Assembly: GCA_002104905.1 (NCBI GenBank)
Contig: MCFE01000053.1
Span: 62,001 to 126,000 of the forward strand
From: Basidiobolus meristosporus CBS 931.73
Taxonomy: Eukaryota; Fungi; Basidiobolomycota
Length of the DNA stretch: 64,000 bases
Direction of reading: 5' to 3'
Below, one piece after another: positions 25,401 through 37,595 of the stretch. Made by a program: the position numbers and the translations under genes. How positions within the stretch are numbered: position 1 is the first letter of the stretch; each line of letters opens with the position of its first letter. A model generated the notes under the pieces. It was not told the origin of the DNA and ran no database searches. It was given only the letters and a program-made list of their open reading frames with translations.

Positions 25401-28239
25401 AGAGACAGTAAAGTATCTTTGCCTGTACAAGAACAAACTTGGGAAAGAATCAAATATAATAAAAGATACCTACTCTGAGTATTCCTCACAAGTAGTGCCT
25501 CCAAGGTCAGTTGGCTGTCAGCGTGGTTTCCTGGGAGTGTCCTGTGGTCTGGGGTCGGAAGTTCAGGTAGCAGCAGGTAGTAGTGATCACACTAATCAAC
25601 AAGCTGATATATTGATAAAAAGGATGATGACTTATTGTTGAGGGATAGCATCCCTTGTATACTTTTCTTACTGGCTAAGTGATTACTAATCATGGTGTTC
25701 CAGAAGGTTCTGAATATCAATAGAAATCTTAATGACATCAGAATGACCCAAGAGTGTTCTAAGTAGGTGCTGGAAGGTTCTAAGAGGCACAGCACATCCA
25801 ACCAATCAGGAATCAGTATTCTGAAACCTGTGTAACATGGGGATTTCATATATGGTATGGAAATGGTAGGGATGGTGATACAGCTTGATCATGTGTCATG
25901 GGTACTAGCACGGGTACTTGCCTATTATAGAAGTACTTATAGCTAGAAATCTTACATAAAGTGAGGGGTAACTTATGCAATAAGGTAAGCAGGTGTGATA
26001 GTCAACCGGCTTATGGGATAGTACTGATTGGGTAAGACAAATGGGATAAAACTAAAATAAGTGTAGTAGAGATATAGGAAAGTAGAAAATAAGGGAATGA
26101 GCACATCTGTCAGTGGGTGTCACTGTCACCCCACTACAATGTACCAAATCCAGCCAGATACAGAAGATACTCCTACCAATTCCAGATCAGAACAGATTAT
26201 CCCAGTTAGGAGATCTACCAGATTAAGAGATACTCCTGGATCCTGGTGGCAGACATCCAATGATCATGAAGAAGCTTTTCTTGCCTTATGTGCCAAGCCT
26301 CAGAATTTGGAACAGGCAATGCAAAGTCCAGATGCTGCTATGTGGCAACAAGCCATGCAGGAGGAGTACCAATCACTGATCAAGGCAAAAACATGGGAAC
26401 TGGTAGATTTACCAAATGGGAGAAAGCCAATAGGATGTAGATGGGTCTACAAGATCAAGATAACCTCAGATGGTGCCATTGATAAGTACAAGGCTAGATA
26501 GGTGGCTAAAGGCTATTCCCAGATCTGGGGACTAGACTTTAAGGAAACATTTGCTCTGGTTGCCAAGTTTAACTCCATTAGGACAGTTCTAGCCCTGGCA
26601 GCTGTACACAGTCTAGATCTACACCAAATGGACATCAAACTGCCTTTCTAAATGGGGATTTGCAAGAAACTATATACATGGAGCAACCAGAAGGCTTAAC
26701 CAATCCAAAAGAACCCCATAAGGTGTGCGTACTTAGAAAATTGTTTTATGGGCTTAAGCAGGCACCTAGAGCGTGGCATAACAAGATTGACACATATCTA
26801 GAGGAAATTAGGTTCTCTTGTAGCACTGCAGATCACAGTATATATGTGAAACAGCTCAAAAAGGGTTTGATCATCCTAGTTCTTTATGTGGACAACCTAG
26901 TTATAGCTACAAGTGACTAAGAGGCACTTAAACAGACAAAATCAGATCTCTTCAGCAAGTTTGAGATAAAAGATCTTGGAAATTGAGCTATCTTCTTGGA
27001 ATCCAGGTCAAATTTGACATACCTACTCATGAAATTGTGCTGAATCAGTCTAAGTACATCAGGGACATTCTTAGATGCTTCAAAATGGAAAATTGCAAAC
27101 CTGCAGCTACCCCTCTGGACAATAACCCAAAATTAAGCAAATCTCAGCCAGTTAGAGATGAAAACAGCTTAAATATGGACCAAAGCTTCCTCTATCAATC
27201 AATGGTTGGTAGCCTAATGTACTTGATGGTGTCTACATGTCCAGATATTGCAGTGGCAGTTGGAATAGTCAGTCAATTCATGTAGAATTATGGATCAGAT
27301 CAAATTGGAGCAGTTAAGCAGATTTTCAGAGATCCACAAGGTACCATAAATATGGTACTGGAATACTCTGGGGCAGCTAATAGGCAAAAATTTAATGGTT
27401 ATATTGATTCAGATTGGGGTAGGGATCTGATTGACAGATGCTCTACCACAGGCTATGTATTTCTTTATGCTGGTGCAGCTATTACTTGGAATTGCAAGGA
27501 ACAACCAACTGTGGCCCTGTCTACAACTGAAGTAGAATATATGGCTGCATGTCAAGCAACTAAGGATGCTATATGACTACAAAAATTATTCAAAGACTTG
27601 GGTTTTTATTCAGATGAGCCAACATGTATTTACAAGGATAATCAAAGTTGTATTTCATAAGCTAAAAATCCTACTAATCATGGCAGAACTAAGCACATTG
27701 ATACACAGCATCACTTTGCAAGGGAAGCTGTAGAAAATAACTTAGTAAAGTTAGCATACTGCCCAACTAACAAAAAGGTGGCAGATATATTGACAAAACC
27801 ACTAGCTAAGCCACAATTTGAGAATCTCTGGGAGGAATTAGGATTAAGAAATTATTCAGTTGAGGGGGAGTGCTGAAATATTGGACTATTTGGTATCATT
27901 CTGCAGCTAAAAATTTACTTAACAATTCTGGACTAGTCTTGGTCACTGTGGGACTAATTTACAGCTCTAACTTTGCTACTTTCTTCAGATCTAAGATTTT
28001 ATGATTAGTCTCTTATAGTCAGGATCAAATTAGCTATATTACTAAGCATTATGAACTAAACCTGAAACTGTTACAGAATACTCCTTAATATTGAGAAACC
28101 CTTCTTACTTATTGTTGTAGCTGTAATATTGCTACAAAGGTGTAAATACTGAGCTTTTTTATTAATAAACAACAGTTCAACTATTACCCCTATTTCTTGA
28201 TAAGTTCCTCATAATCAAATCACTTCCTCAATTGAAATG
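22483..28239 (+). mobile_element. Copia family-1 element C, sharing its 5' LTR with B; carries a Gypsy solo LTR
   Basis: LTR 22483-22850 is preceded by the PPT of B and followed by PBS GGTTATGAGCCCC (22851). gag-pol fragments 22890-27850 with many stops; PPT; 3' LTR 27871-~28239. Confidence 0.9.
25069..26138 (-). mobile_element. Ty3/Gypsy-family solo LTR (1070 bp) inserted in Copia C
   Basis: TGTGGTGG...CCACTACA, colinear with 1936-3004. Flanks ACAT / ATGT. The empty site in Copia A (reverse complement near 17330-17350) reads GAAGAT-ACGT-ACCAAATC. Confidence 0.92.
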
Positions 28240-29279
28240 GATTATACAATGGAGTATATGAATTGCACAAGGGGAGGTTGAAAAAGGAAATACCATTTGG
28301 CAAATTGGTATGGTAGCATTATACAGAACCAGCAGTAGGCCGTCATAGTGCTAATATAATGCCATCAGAGTCTTGCTGTGAGGCCTTCAAAATTCCGTCA
28401 AGTTTCTTGCCATACAAGGCTATAGGGTGTCCTGGTTAACTGTATCTATTTAAAATAGTTATAGAGCCCTAATAGACTGCAACAATACCATGAAAATATT
28501 GTCAAGTTTTATCCCTTTATTTGGTTGCAAAATTAGCAAAGCACTGTCATGATCTCATCATGAGATTGTTAGGAGTGTCACTAACTCCAAGCTGCTGGTA
28601 TTATGATGGTGTCTAAATGGAATCCTGACAGCTGATCTGGATTGGGTCCACCTGTGGGACCAAATTACTTTTCATAAGGGTAATGAGAGATAGAAAATGA
28701 AGTACCATTTGGTAAATGAGTATGGTAGCATTTTACACAACTAGATGTAGGCTGCTGTACTCCTGTTATAATGCCAGAAGAGATCCACAGTGAGGCCATC
28801 AAAACACCATCAAGTCTCCTGCCACAGAGGGCAATTGGATGTATTGACTGGTTATGTCCACTAAAATAAATGTAGAGCACATTAAGACCATCAGATTTCC
28901 ATGCAATTCTTATTGGCATACTACTAAAACACCATCAAGTACTTAACTCTATTTGGCCACAAGTTCAGCTAAATGCCCTCACAATCCACTTATAAGACCA
29001 TGTAGAAAGTCAGTTATTCCAAGCTGCCAGTATTATCATAGCCTTGTAGTGAAATCCTGATGTTTGATCTGGATTGGATCCACCTGCAACTAAAGCTTCA
29101 ACACAAGCAAGCCAATTTGTATGCATGAAAAGTAACAGCATTGGTTGAGTCAGGAAGTAAGAGGTGGAACAAAGAGACCAAAGCCAATCAAGGAACACAT
29201 ATGCAGGAGGTGAGTGAGTGCCCACAATACACAAGTGAAAGGACTAGAAGAGACTAATCAAAGCCACTTTTGTAATGTT
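28240..29279. repeat. Unclassified dispersed repeat with internal tandem duplication; host of the Harbinger-like insertion
   Basis: 28270-28690 resembles 28700-29100. 29115-29279 joined to 32682-32740 aligns to the uninterrupted copy at 12480-12680. Confidence 0.65.
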
Positions 29280-30022
29280 AGACTTGTTCTATTGTACCAT
29301 GCCAGGGCACACGGCGCAATCCGCGGTTGTAAAGAACAATCAGGCGCAATATTATAGCTACCAGAAGGCAGGATTGATCTTGGACAATTTTGCACTATGC
29401 CGGACAATCTTGCACACTGTGGCACAATCTGACACAATGAGGTTGGCATGGATGATTGCGCCAACTTGAAATGTTTGCATCATGTGCGCAATTGGATACC
29501 ACTATTATGGCAGGTAAAATCTGGTATTTGAATATGTTTCTTTAATATAAATGGAAATAAATGTGTATCACACTATAAACTACACTGATACTTACCATTT
29601 TGGTTACCCTCACTCCAATTGGATGGTATCTCAGTGATTAATTGGTCCAAATGTATCCTGAAGCTGGCAGCCCCCAATTGGCTCATTGACTACTAAAAAA
29701 GCTACCTGATTTGCCATCAAATATCCCATTTTGCCCATTGAGCAAGTAAATCCCAGATCCTAATGATTGGAAAAGCTGTCATAGCTAGCACGCAAGCAAT
29801 TGTGTAGGTGCAAAACAGATCCAATAGCTGCACTGGTATTATAGATGACGTACATATATGCAGGGTGTTTATTTATAGGGGTTCTGTCTCAAATGTGAGA
29901 CAACCTTGATATTACTTATATCAAAAATTTGATGATCACTGATTTGCAATGGCTCAATTTGGATTGCAAAAAAAATGGGTTGTCGGGATCATTACAAATG
30001 TGAGCAATTCAAAGCAATCACA

Positions 30023-31021
30023 TCATCTTCTCCTGGGTTTTTTTCTCACAGGGATTACTACTGAAGCATTTGGTAGTGACTCACTTTGCGCACATATACT
30101 ACTTCCTGGCTGACTATCATCTTGGCTACTTCTGTATTTGCAGTCAGTATGTTGCCTCCTAGTTGATGAGTACAATGCTGCAGCTTGGCAGTGCTGAATT
30201 GCTCCGACTGAACCAACTGAACCGGCCTGTAGTGCCACATGCTGATGCGTTCTTTTACTTGCCAAGGGCTCCGGTGGTTGAGGCACTTAGTGTTGGTCAT
30301 CATCAGTCCGTTCACCAGAAGTAACTTGCTGATGGTCAGGCAAAACAGCACACGCAGGTGCGCCTTGACGCATTGAGATGGCCCTTGGCTGAGTTCAATG
30401 TGATGCTGCATGTTGACGCAACTTGGTCCGCTCCAATGGACTTGTGTCTAAATGCGCAGTTTGGCAAGTGCACGTAGTTTTGCTCTGAAGCATGCACGTT
30501 GACTTGATGCAGGGCATTCTGGTAAAGCGTGTTGGCATGGTCTGGACTGACATGTGCCAGCACGCTGTGGTTGCAAGAGATGGTAGGGAATCCAGCAAGG
30601 TGTGCTGGCGCAATCTGGACAATGTTGCTCATGGTCTGTATTCTTCCTCCTGAAGCTCACCATCTGATTCCTCAAGGTATTCACTTACCCTCTGTCTGAT
30701 ACTTTGGAGCTGTTGCCTGGATGAGTCCTGTGTATATTGCTCTCAGAAGCCACTTAGCTCTACTAATATATCACATAGTACATTAGTCATTTAAGGCAAA
30801 AACTCATTTGAAATCTCTTTGGTTCCCAAAGTTGAGGCACAAACAGACACGTCTGGCCCATACTGCGCAAATTGCACGCAAAATTGTTCCTGCACGGCTT
30901 CTTTGTCAAATCCCCTCACTCTCAGCTCATTCTTGATTTCAATACTTGTCTTGTTATATATCTTCTTACAAACATTGGCTGGCATCTTGATGTAGAACTC
31001 ATGCCACAGCTTTCTACTCAA
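30023..31021 (-). pseudogene. Putative accessory ORF of the PHIS-like element (spliced, partly decayed, unknown function)
   Basis: Start MSRKLWHEFYIK (31021); candidate intron signals (GACTAAT..TAG near 30763, GTAAGT near 30686); ends VRKKPRRR* at 30023. No Myb/SANT motif recognised. Confidence 0.4.
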
Positions 31022-31613
31022 ATACTTCCATCTTTGTCAACTCTCTGAGGTATCTAGTTCTGCTAGATTAGTCAGTAGTGCGCAAATATCTGTATGAAGG
31101 CTGATCATAGACACTTGGGCCATACTAAATCACTTGGCAAGAACTTGAACGGATCTGACATCAACTTTTCCAGTCCAGACCACGCTTGTGAGCTGGGGGA
31201 TGGGTTTTGTCTGGGTTGTACTAAAGATGAGTTGAGGCTTGGTATGGGGACCATAGCAACGGATTTGGATACTTATCCAGCAGTATATTGGCATCAACCT
31301 GGTCTTATATGAAATATATATGAAAACTAATGTGATTGTTAAATTTTCCATATATTATGCATGATGCATCTTGGATTGCATTGACACGGATCCAATCACA
31401 TCAATTGCAGATTTCCTGTTTGATTATAGACCTATGATTAAAGCATCAATAAAAGTACCAAGGCATTGTTTGCAGATGATTTTTGCAACATAATGATGGG
31501 ATACATGGCAATTGATGGAGATTTAACCATAATGTATTAAAAATCAGATAAATAACACTGATTGCGCCAACCCAATTCAAACCGCCTCCATACAATCATC
31601 CACCAATTTTAAT

Positions 31614-32498
31614 ATGACTTACTCATCTGAATGGTCTTTTCTCATCAATCCCATCACTACCACTGGATTTCCTTTTGACACATTAGAGGAGATCTATTCC
31701 AAGTACTGTGGACCATCAACCCCAATCTACTCAAGGAGATCCCTTGTTAAGCTTCTGTGCTATTACAAGAACTATTGCTCTACAAGGTTTCATCCCACCA
31801 TCCATGGCAACAAAAGTCCTAGAAGCTTTCATTCCCAGCTGACAGCAATGGAGAACCACCTTGCTGAGGGTATGAATGACTTAGAGCAAGCTTGGAATGC
31901 TAGGTTCAGAAGCTCCAATAGACTTCCATATCCCAGAGTGTTCAGCAACAGGTTCCATATCAGGAGTATTTTGGATACCTTCCCAGTGAGGATTAACAGA
32001 CCTTCTAGAGGGCAGAGGCACTTTTATTCTGGCAAGTACAAGGCACACTGTGAGAAGCTTCAAGCACTGTCTGACATTGAGGGTAACATCATCTGGTTTA
32101 GTGGGCCATTTGCTGGAAGTAGGCATGACAAAGCACTCTGGGTAGAGTATCATCCTGAATTCAGTAGAGGGGAGAAATGTATGGCAGACTTAGCCTATAT
32201 AGGAGAGGATTGTCAGAGATTAGGATGTATTACAGCTTATAGGAAGCCAAGGAATGGTGTCCTCAGCAGGAAGCAGAAGCTCTACAATGAGATATTTAAT
32301 CATTTCTGAGTGAGGGTAGAGCACACATTTGGATATCTGAAGAGATTCAGCATATTGGCAGGTAAATACAGAGGAAAGTCATATATAGGAGAAAACAGCA
32401 GAATAGGTAAAATAGTTAAGATACTTATTAATGCACAGTATGTTCATACAAGAAGACATCCACTGAGAGAAATGTGTCTGGAGCATTATGAAGAGTAA
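31614..32498 (+). pseudogene. DDE transposase (DDE_Tnp_4 / IS5-ISL2-like) with one premature stop
   Basis: ILDTFP, FYSGKYKAH, SGPFAGSRHD, ADLAYIG, QKLYN..F-(R)-VRVEHTFGYLKRF. The in-frame TGA at 32307-32309 sits where the conserved Arg (CGA) is expected. Confidence 0.9.
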
Positions 32499-32926
32499 AT
32501 AAAGCAAGGAAAGCACAATTCTGAGCAACATAAGTAAGATTGAGTAAAATTACCAGTAACTGTATCATACCACTGGCATCATGGTAGAAATTATAGTGCC
32601 AGATAGTGCCGTAGAGTGCCAGATTGCTCCAGCACCATAAACAGGCTGGCACTATGTGGCACTACCCAACAGAACAAGTATGTTATAAAGAGAAAATGAG
32701 ACTAAGTTTATTGTGAAATTGGAGGTCAGATTACTTTAACTGTCATTGTATAGTGTCTTAATTGCATCAATACTTTATAGCAATGGAATTTGATTTATAC
32801 AACAGTCTTTTGATGGAATCATTACAGTTATTTTCCATAAGGGAAACAGCCAACAGCCTACTCTTTGAGAGCAAGGCCATAGCAGATGGACTCAATATCA
32901 GTTTTAACAATTCTGAATGTAAGATA

Positions 32927-35900
32927 TGTTGTAAGAGTCTTGGAGATATTGGAATCAGTTGGGAGGACAAGTAGATTATGTGGTTTTCACTTAATGATTT
33001 ATTTAATTTAAAAGCAGAATTTATACTTGTACATGATCTTGGCAAAACAAACATGTAGAATTGGGCAAGGAAGGTCCCAAGGACATGTGTGCAAAGTCTG
33101 AGGCTGCTTGGACAACTCTGAGAATATTCATGTTCTGGGTGCCTGGTGTTTTAGTGAAAATATTTTAACTAAATCCCAACAAGAAATTTGGACAGTATTC
33201 TCTAAGATTTGAAGGTAATGATCTAAATTACCAAGTTAGGTGAATATTTAGGTGGAATTACAAACTTTTACTACACTCCCACAGCTAAATGCTCATACTG
33301 ACTAGTCCTAATTTTGATGTGAGATACTCAAATTTGTCTCTAGCTAATGTTTTGTTAAGTATGTCGGCAATCATCTCATTGAAAGGACAGTAAACTAATG
33401 TAACTAGGTTATTCTCTATAGCTTCACCAATGAAAAGATGTCTAATATCTATGTGCTTAGTTCTAGCATGAAGAGTTGGATCTTGTATACATCCTTGATT
33501 ATCTTGAAGTAAAGTAATAGGTATTGTTTGACATAGGCCTAAATCTGTAAAAATCTTTCTTTACCACATTGCTTCTTTTGTAGCCTCACAGGCTGCCATA
33601 TACTCTACCTCTGTGGTGTAGAGTACTATAGTTGGCTGCTTTCTTGAATTCCATGATATTAATTCTTTACAGTAAAAAAAGGTGTATCCTGTGGTGGATC
33701 TTGTATCTTCCAAATTTTGTCCCCAATTGGCATCAGAGTGTCCCACAGGATCCTGTTCTGAATCCTTATAAGTGTATCTTAAGCAGATATCAGTAGTTCC
33801 TTTTAGGTATCTAAAAATCTGCTTAACTGCTACAATATGATCAGATTCATGGTTCTGACAATGTTGGCTGATAGCTCAAACCAAGTATGAGATATCTGAA
33901 CATGTTCCAAGTATGCTATTCATCAGACTGCTGACCATTGACTGCTAAAGAAAGTCAGGGCTTTCAGATGGCACCAAGCTTTCTTGATTTGGTTGAGTTT
34001 TGACCAAGTTAATGTTTGTCTCCATTAGGGTGGCTGCCAGATTGCAGTCTTCCATCAAGTACTTCTTTAGTATATCTTGAATATACTTGGATTGGCTTTG
34101 GGTGATAGTCTGGGTACTTCTGTCTCTGGAGAACTTAATCTCTAATTAGTAACTGAGTTCTTCTAGATCAGACATCTTGAACTCCTTAGATAGGCTGGAT
34201 TTAGTCTCTTCCAATGTTACTAGGTTATTGGTGGCTATAATAAGATCATCTACATATAGAGCTAATAGAACTAGATTTTCTCTATCTGGCTTATAGTATA
34301 TACTATAGTCAGCATTACACCTTTTCTAGCTCAAAGATTCCAAAAAAGAATCTATCTTGTAATTCCAGGCTCCTGGTGATTGTTTGAGACCATATGAAGA
34401 GTTTTTAAGCTTGCAGACCAAATGAGGATTTTCTTGGTCAGCAAACCCATCAGGTTGGCTCATATAGACTTCCTCAGCAGGTTCTCCAGTCAAAAATGCA
34501 GGCTTTGCATCCATTTGATGAATAAAAACTATATTTGGCTGTAATAGCTTGTATTAATCTGATGGAATTAAACTTGGCTACCAGTGCAAAGGTCTCAGTA
34601 TAGTCAAGTCCTTTTGTTTGAGAGTATCCTTTGGCCACAAGTCTTGCTGTGTAACTTTTATCTATACCATCTGCCTTGTATTTTGTCTTGAAGATGCATT
34701 TGCATCCAATTGTTTTTTGGTAGGTTAGTAGTTTGAGCAAGTCCCAAATTTGATTTTCCATCATGGCCTGATATTTTCCAGTTATTGCTGATCTCCCAAA
34801 CTTTGTCTGAGGGCTATTTAGGACCTCTTTTACAGTCTGGGGCTCATCAATTTGGACTGAATAGGTGTAGGCTAAGTTTGTACCCTTGTTGATATAGTAA
34901 TTTGGGCTTTTTCTTGTCTGGTTGGATCTCCAGGCATTTGATACTGGAATGATCACTTCTAGGATATTCCTGGGCACAGACTCAGGCTGAACCACAGTTG
35001 TAGAGTCCTCTGGAGTGAAAATATTCTCATTGTCTTGCTCTGATTCTATTCTCACAATTGATGGACTTGAGATCAGAATTTTGTCATTTTCTGATGTGTT
35101 TTTTTGTGAAAATTTTGAGTTTTCATCAAACAACACATCCCTGGACTTGATTAGCTTCTTTTTTTTCAGTATTGTAGATTCTGTATGCTTTACTCATATT
35201 GCAGTAACCCAAAAAATAAGCATTTTACACTTTTTGGCTCAAATTTTGGCTGATTTCTGGGCAGTTTCTTGGCATATGCTGTACACCCAGATATTTGTAG
35301 TTGTTCTGCACTTGGTCTGTATTCATACCATGCCTCAAGTGGAGTAGAATCATGAAGTATTCTGTTAAAACTCTTATTTTTAAGGTATACAGCTGTGGCA
35401 ACTGATTCCATCCAAAATATGTAGGATAATTGCTGATCATGGATCATAGATCTTGCCATTTCAATTATTGATCTGTTTGCACATTCTGCTACTCTATTTT
35501 GCTGAGGGGAGTATTGTATAGAAGTCTCTTGCTTTTTTGCATGAATTTTGCAGAAGTGGATGAAGAGTTTTGAGGTATATTTTCCACCATTTTCAGAGCA
35601 TATTTTCTTGATTTTTTTACCAGTTTCTCTCTCTGTCATGGCTTTAAACTCCCTGAGCTTAGACAGAGCTGCTTCCTTACTCTCCACAAAGTAGATCTGC
35701 CTGTATCCTACATAATCTTCAATAAAACAAGTGAATACTTCATCTTGCCTAAGGATAAATCTTACATAGGTCCAGGTGGATCTGAGTGAATCAGATCTAA
35801 TTTTTTTTGTTTCAATCAACCCACAGCTCTTGAAAAGTTGTCTGGCTGATTTTTCATATAAGCAGGCTTCACAGTGCTTCAAATTAGCTGGGGGGTCAAT

Positions 35901-37595
35901 CTTTACTCTGGAAATTAGTTGATCTTTGATCATTTTGCATAAATAATCAAAATTGATGTGCACAAATCTCCTGAGCCAAAGCATTGGAGTTTCTTCATTT
36001 AAGTTACTTATATTGGCTTCCCAATATGATGGAATATATGTCAACTTGTATAGGTTCTGATCTCTGATACCCAAGGCAATATGGGCACCATTTTGATCAG
36101 TGATCTTGCAGCCAGATTTGTCAAGCTGAAACTGAGTCCTTCTGCAGTGGCCTTGCTTACAGATAGTAGGTTCTTGGCTATTTCTGGTACATAGAGTACT
36201 TCCTCAAAGGTTAGTGTATGGCTTCCTTTGCTGCTTCTGAAGTTTACTTGGATTGTTCCTTCTCCCACTGCATCAAGTGTTCTATTTTCACCCATCAAAA
36301 CCTTCTTGATTGGAATTTCTTAGTACTGAGTAAAAAGTTCTTTAAGATGTGTAAAGTGTTGAGATGCTCCAGAGTCAACGCACCACATCTGAGAATCCTT
36401 GTTTTTGGTCATATTCAGTACATGTATGAGTAGACTATCATCAGTTGTTGCCATATTTCCATATCCTGGCTTCTTTTGCTGATTATCTCTCTTTTTGAGG
36501 CATCAATCTGATATGTATCCTTTCCTTTTGCAGTAGTTGCAAAGCAGATTGCTATTGTCTTTGTAAGGTCTTGGGTATCACATTTGTTGGTTATCATTGC
36601 TTATTAATGAATTTTCTTCTTCCTTCTTATTGGCTCTTGATTTTTTTAATTCTTGATCCAAGAGCCTTCCATATACGTAATTTAAGGTCAAATCTTCATT
36701 TCTGGACTCCAGGGCTGATACAAGGCCCTGAAACTTGTTTGTCAGGCTATTCAGGATGGTGACTATCACATCCTCATCAGTAGTTGGTATGCCCAAAGAT
36801 TCCAACTCATCTACTAGCAGGGTAATTTTGTTAGTTAGATTTTTCATTTTTTTCTTCTGGCTGCATCTTTGTAGTAAAGAACCTTTATCTCGGATACATC
36901 TTATTAGCAGCTGGACATGACTGGTGGGTGTCTTCTAATGCCTTCCAGGCATTCTTTGCTGTTTTGCTCTTGAGGATTGAATTAGCAATTTGTCTTTAAA
37001 ATTAAGGCAAATGCAGCCAAAGGCACTTTGTTCTTTCTTCTGGTACTTTAAGGCTTCCTCTCCCACATTTTAGGAGAGCATTTTTCTCCAATGACAATAT
37101 CTCAAAGGCCTCTTTCTTGCAGCAGCATCTTCATCTTCACCTTCTACACTTGGTAGTTAGATCCATCCAACTTTTCAGCAGAGGGAAAAATTTCAGTAAT
37201 AGCAGAAGTGGACATTGCAGAGAGTAAAAGCTTGGCATTCATCACCTGATGTAAGAGTCTTGGAGATATTGGAAGTGATTGGGAGGACAAGTAGATTATG
37301 TGGTTTTCACTTAATGATCTATTGAATTTAAAAGTGGTATTTATACTTTTACATGATCTTGGCAAAACTAACACATAGAATTGATTATGGAAGGTCCCAA
37401 GAGCATGTGTGCAAAGTTTGGGGCTGTTTGGGCAACTTTGAGAATTTTCATGTTCTGGGTACCTGGTATTTTGGTGAAAATATTCTAAGTAAATCCCTAC
37501 AAGGAATTTGGTCAGTATTCTCTAGAGTTTGATGGTAATGATCCAAGTGACTAAGTTAGATGAGTAGCTAAGTGGAATTACAAACTTTTGTCACG
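32927..37595 (-). mobile_element. Copia family-2 element D (degenerate, full span)
   Basis: 349-bp LTRs 32927-33275 and 37247-37595; gag, protease, integrase (35190-36074), RT and RNase H fragments; flanks AGATA / GGATC (each one change from AGATC). Confidence 0.88.

Larger units (their letters stand above)
29280..32681. mobile_element. PIF/Harbinger-IS5 (PHIS)-like DNA transposon, two divergent ORFs
   Basis: TIRs AGACTTGTTCTATTG / CAACAGAACAAGTAT; GTT on both sides (TGTTA if the terminal base is excluded); DDE_Tnp_4-type transposase inside; empty-site homolog near 12630-12660. Confidence 0.85.
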
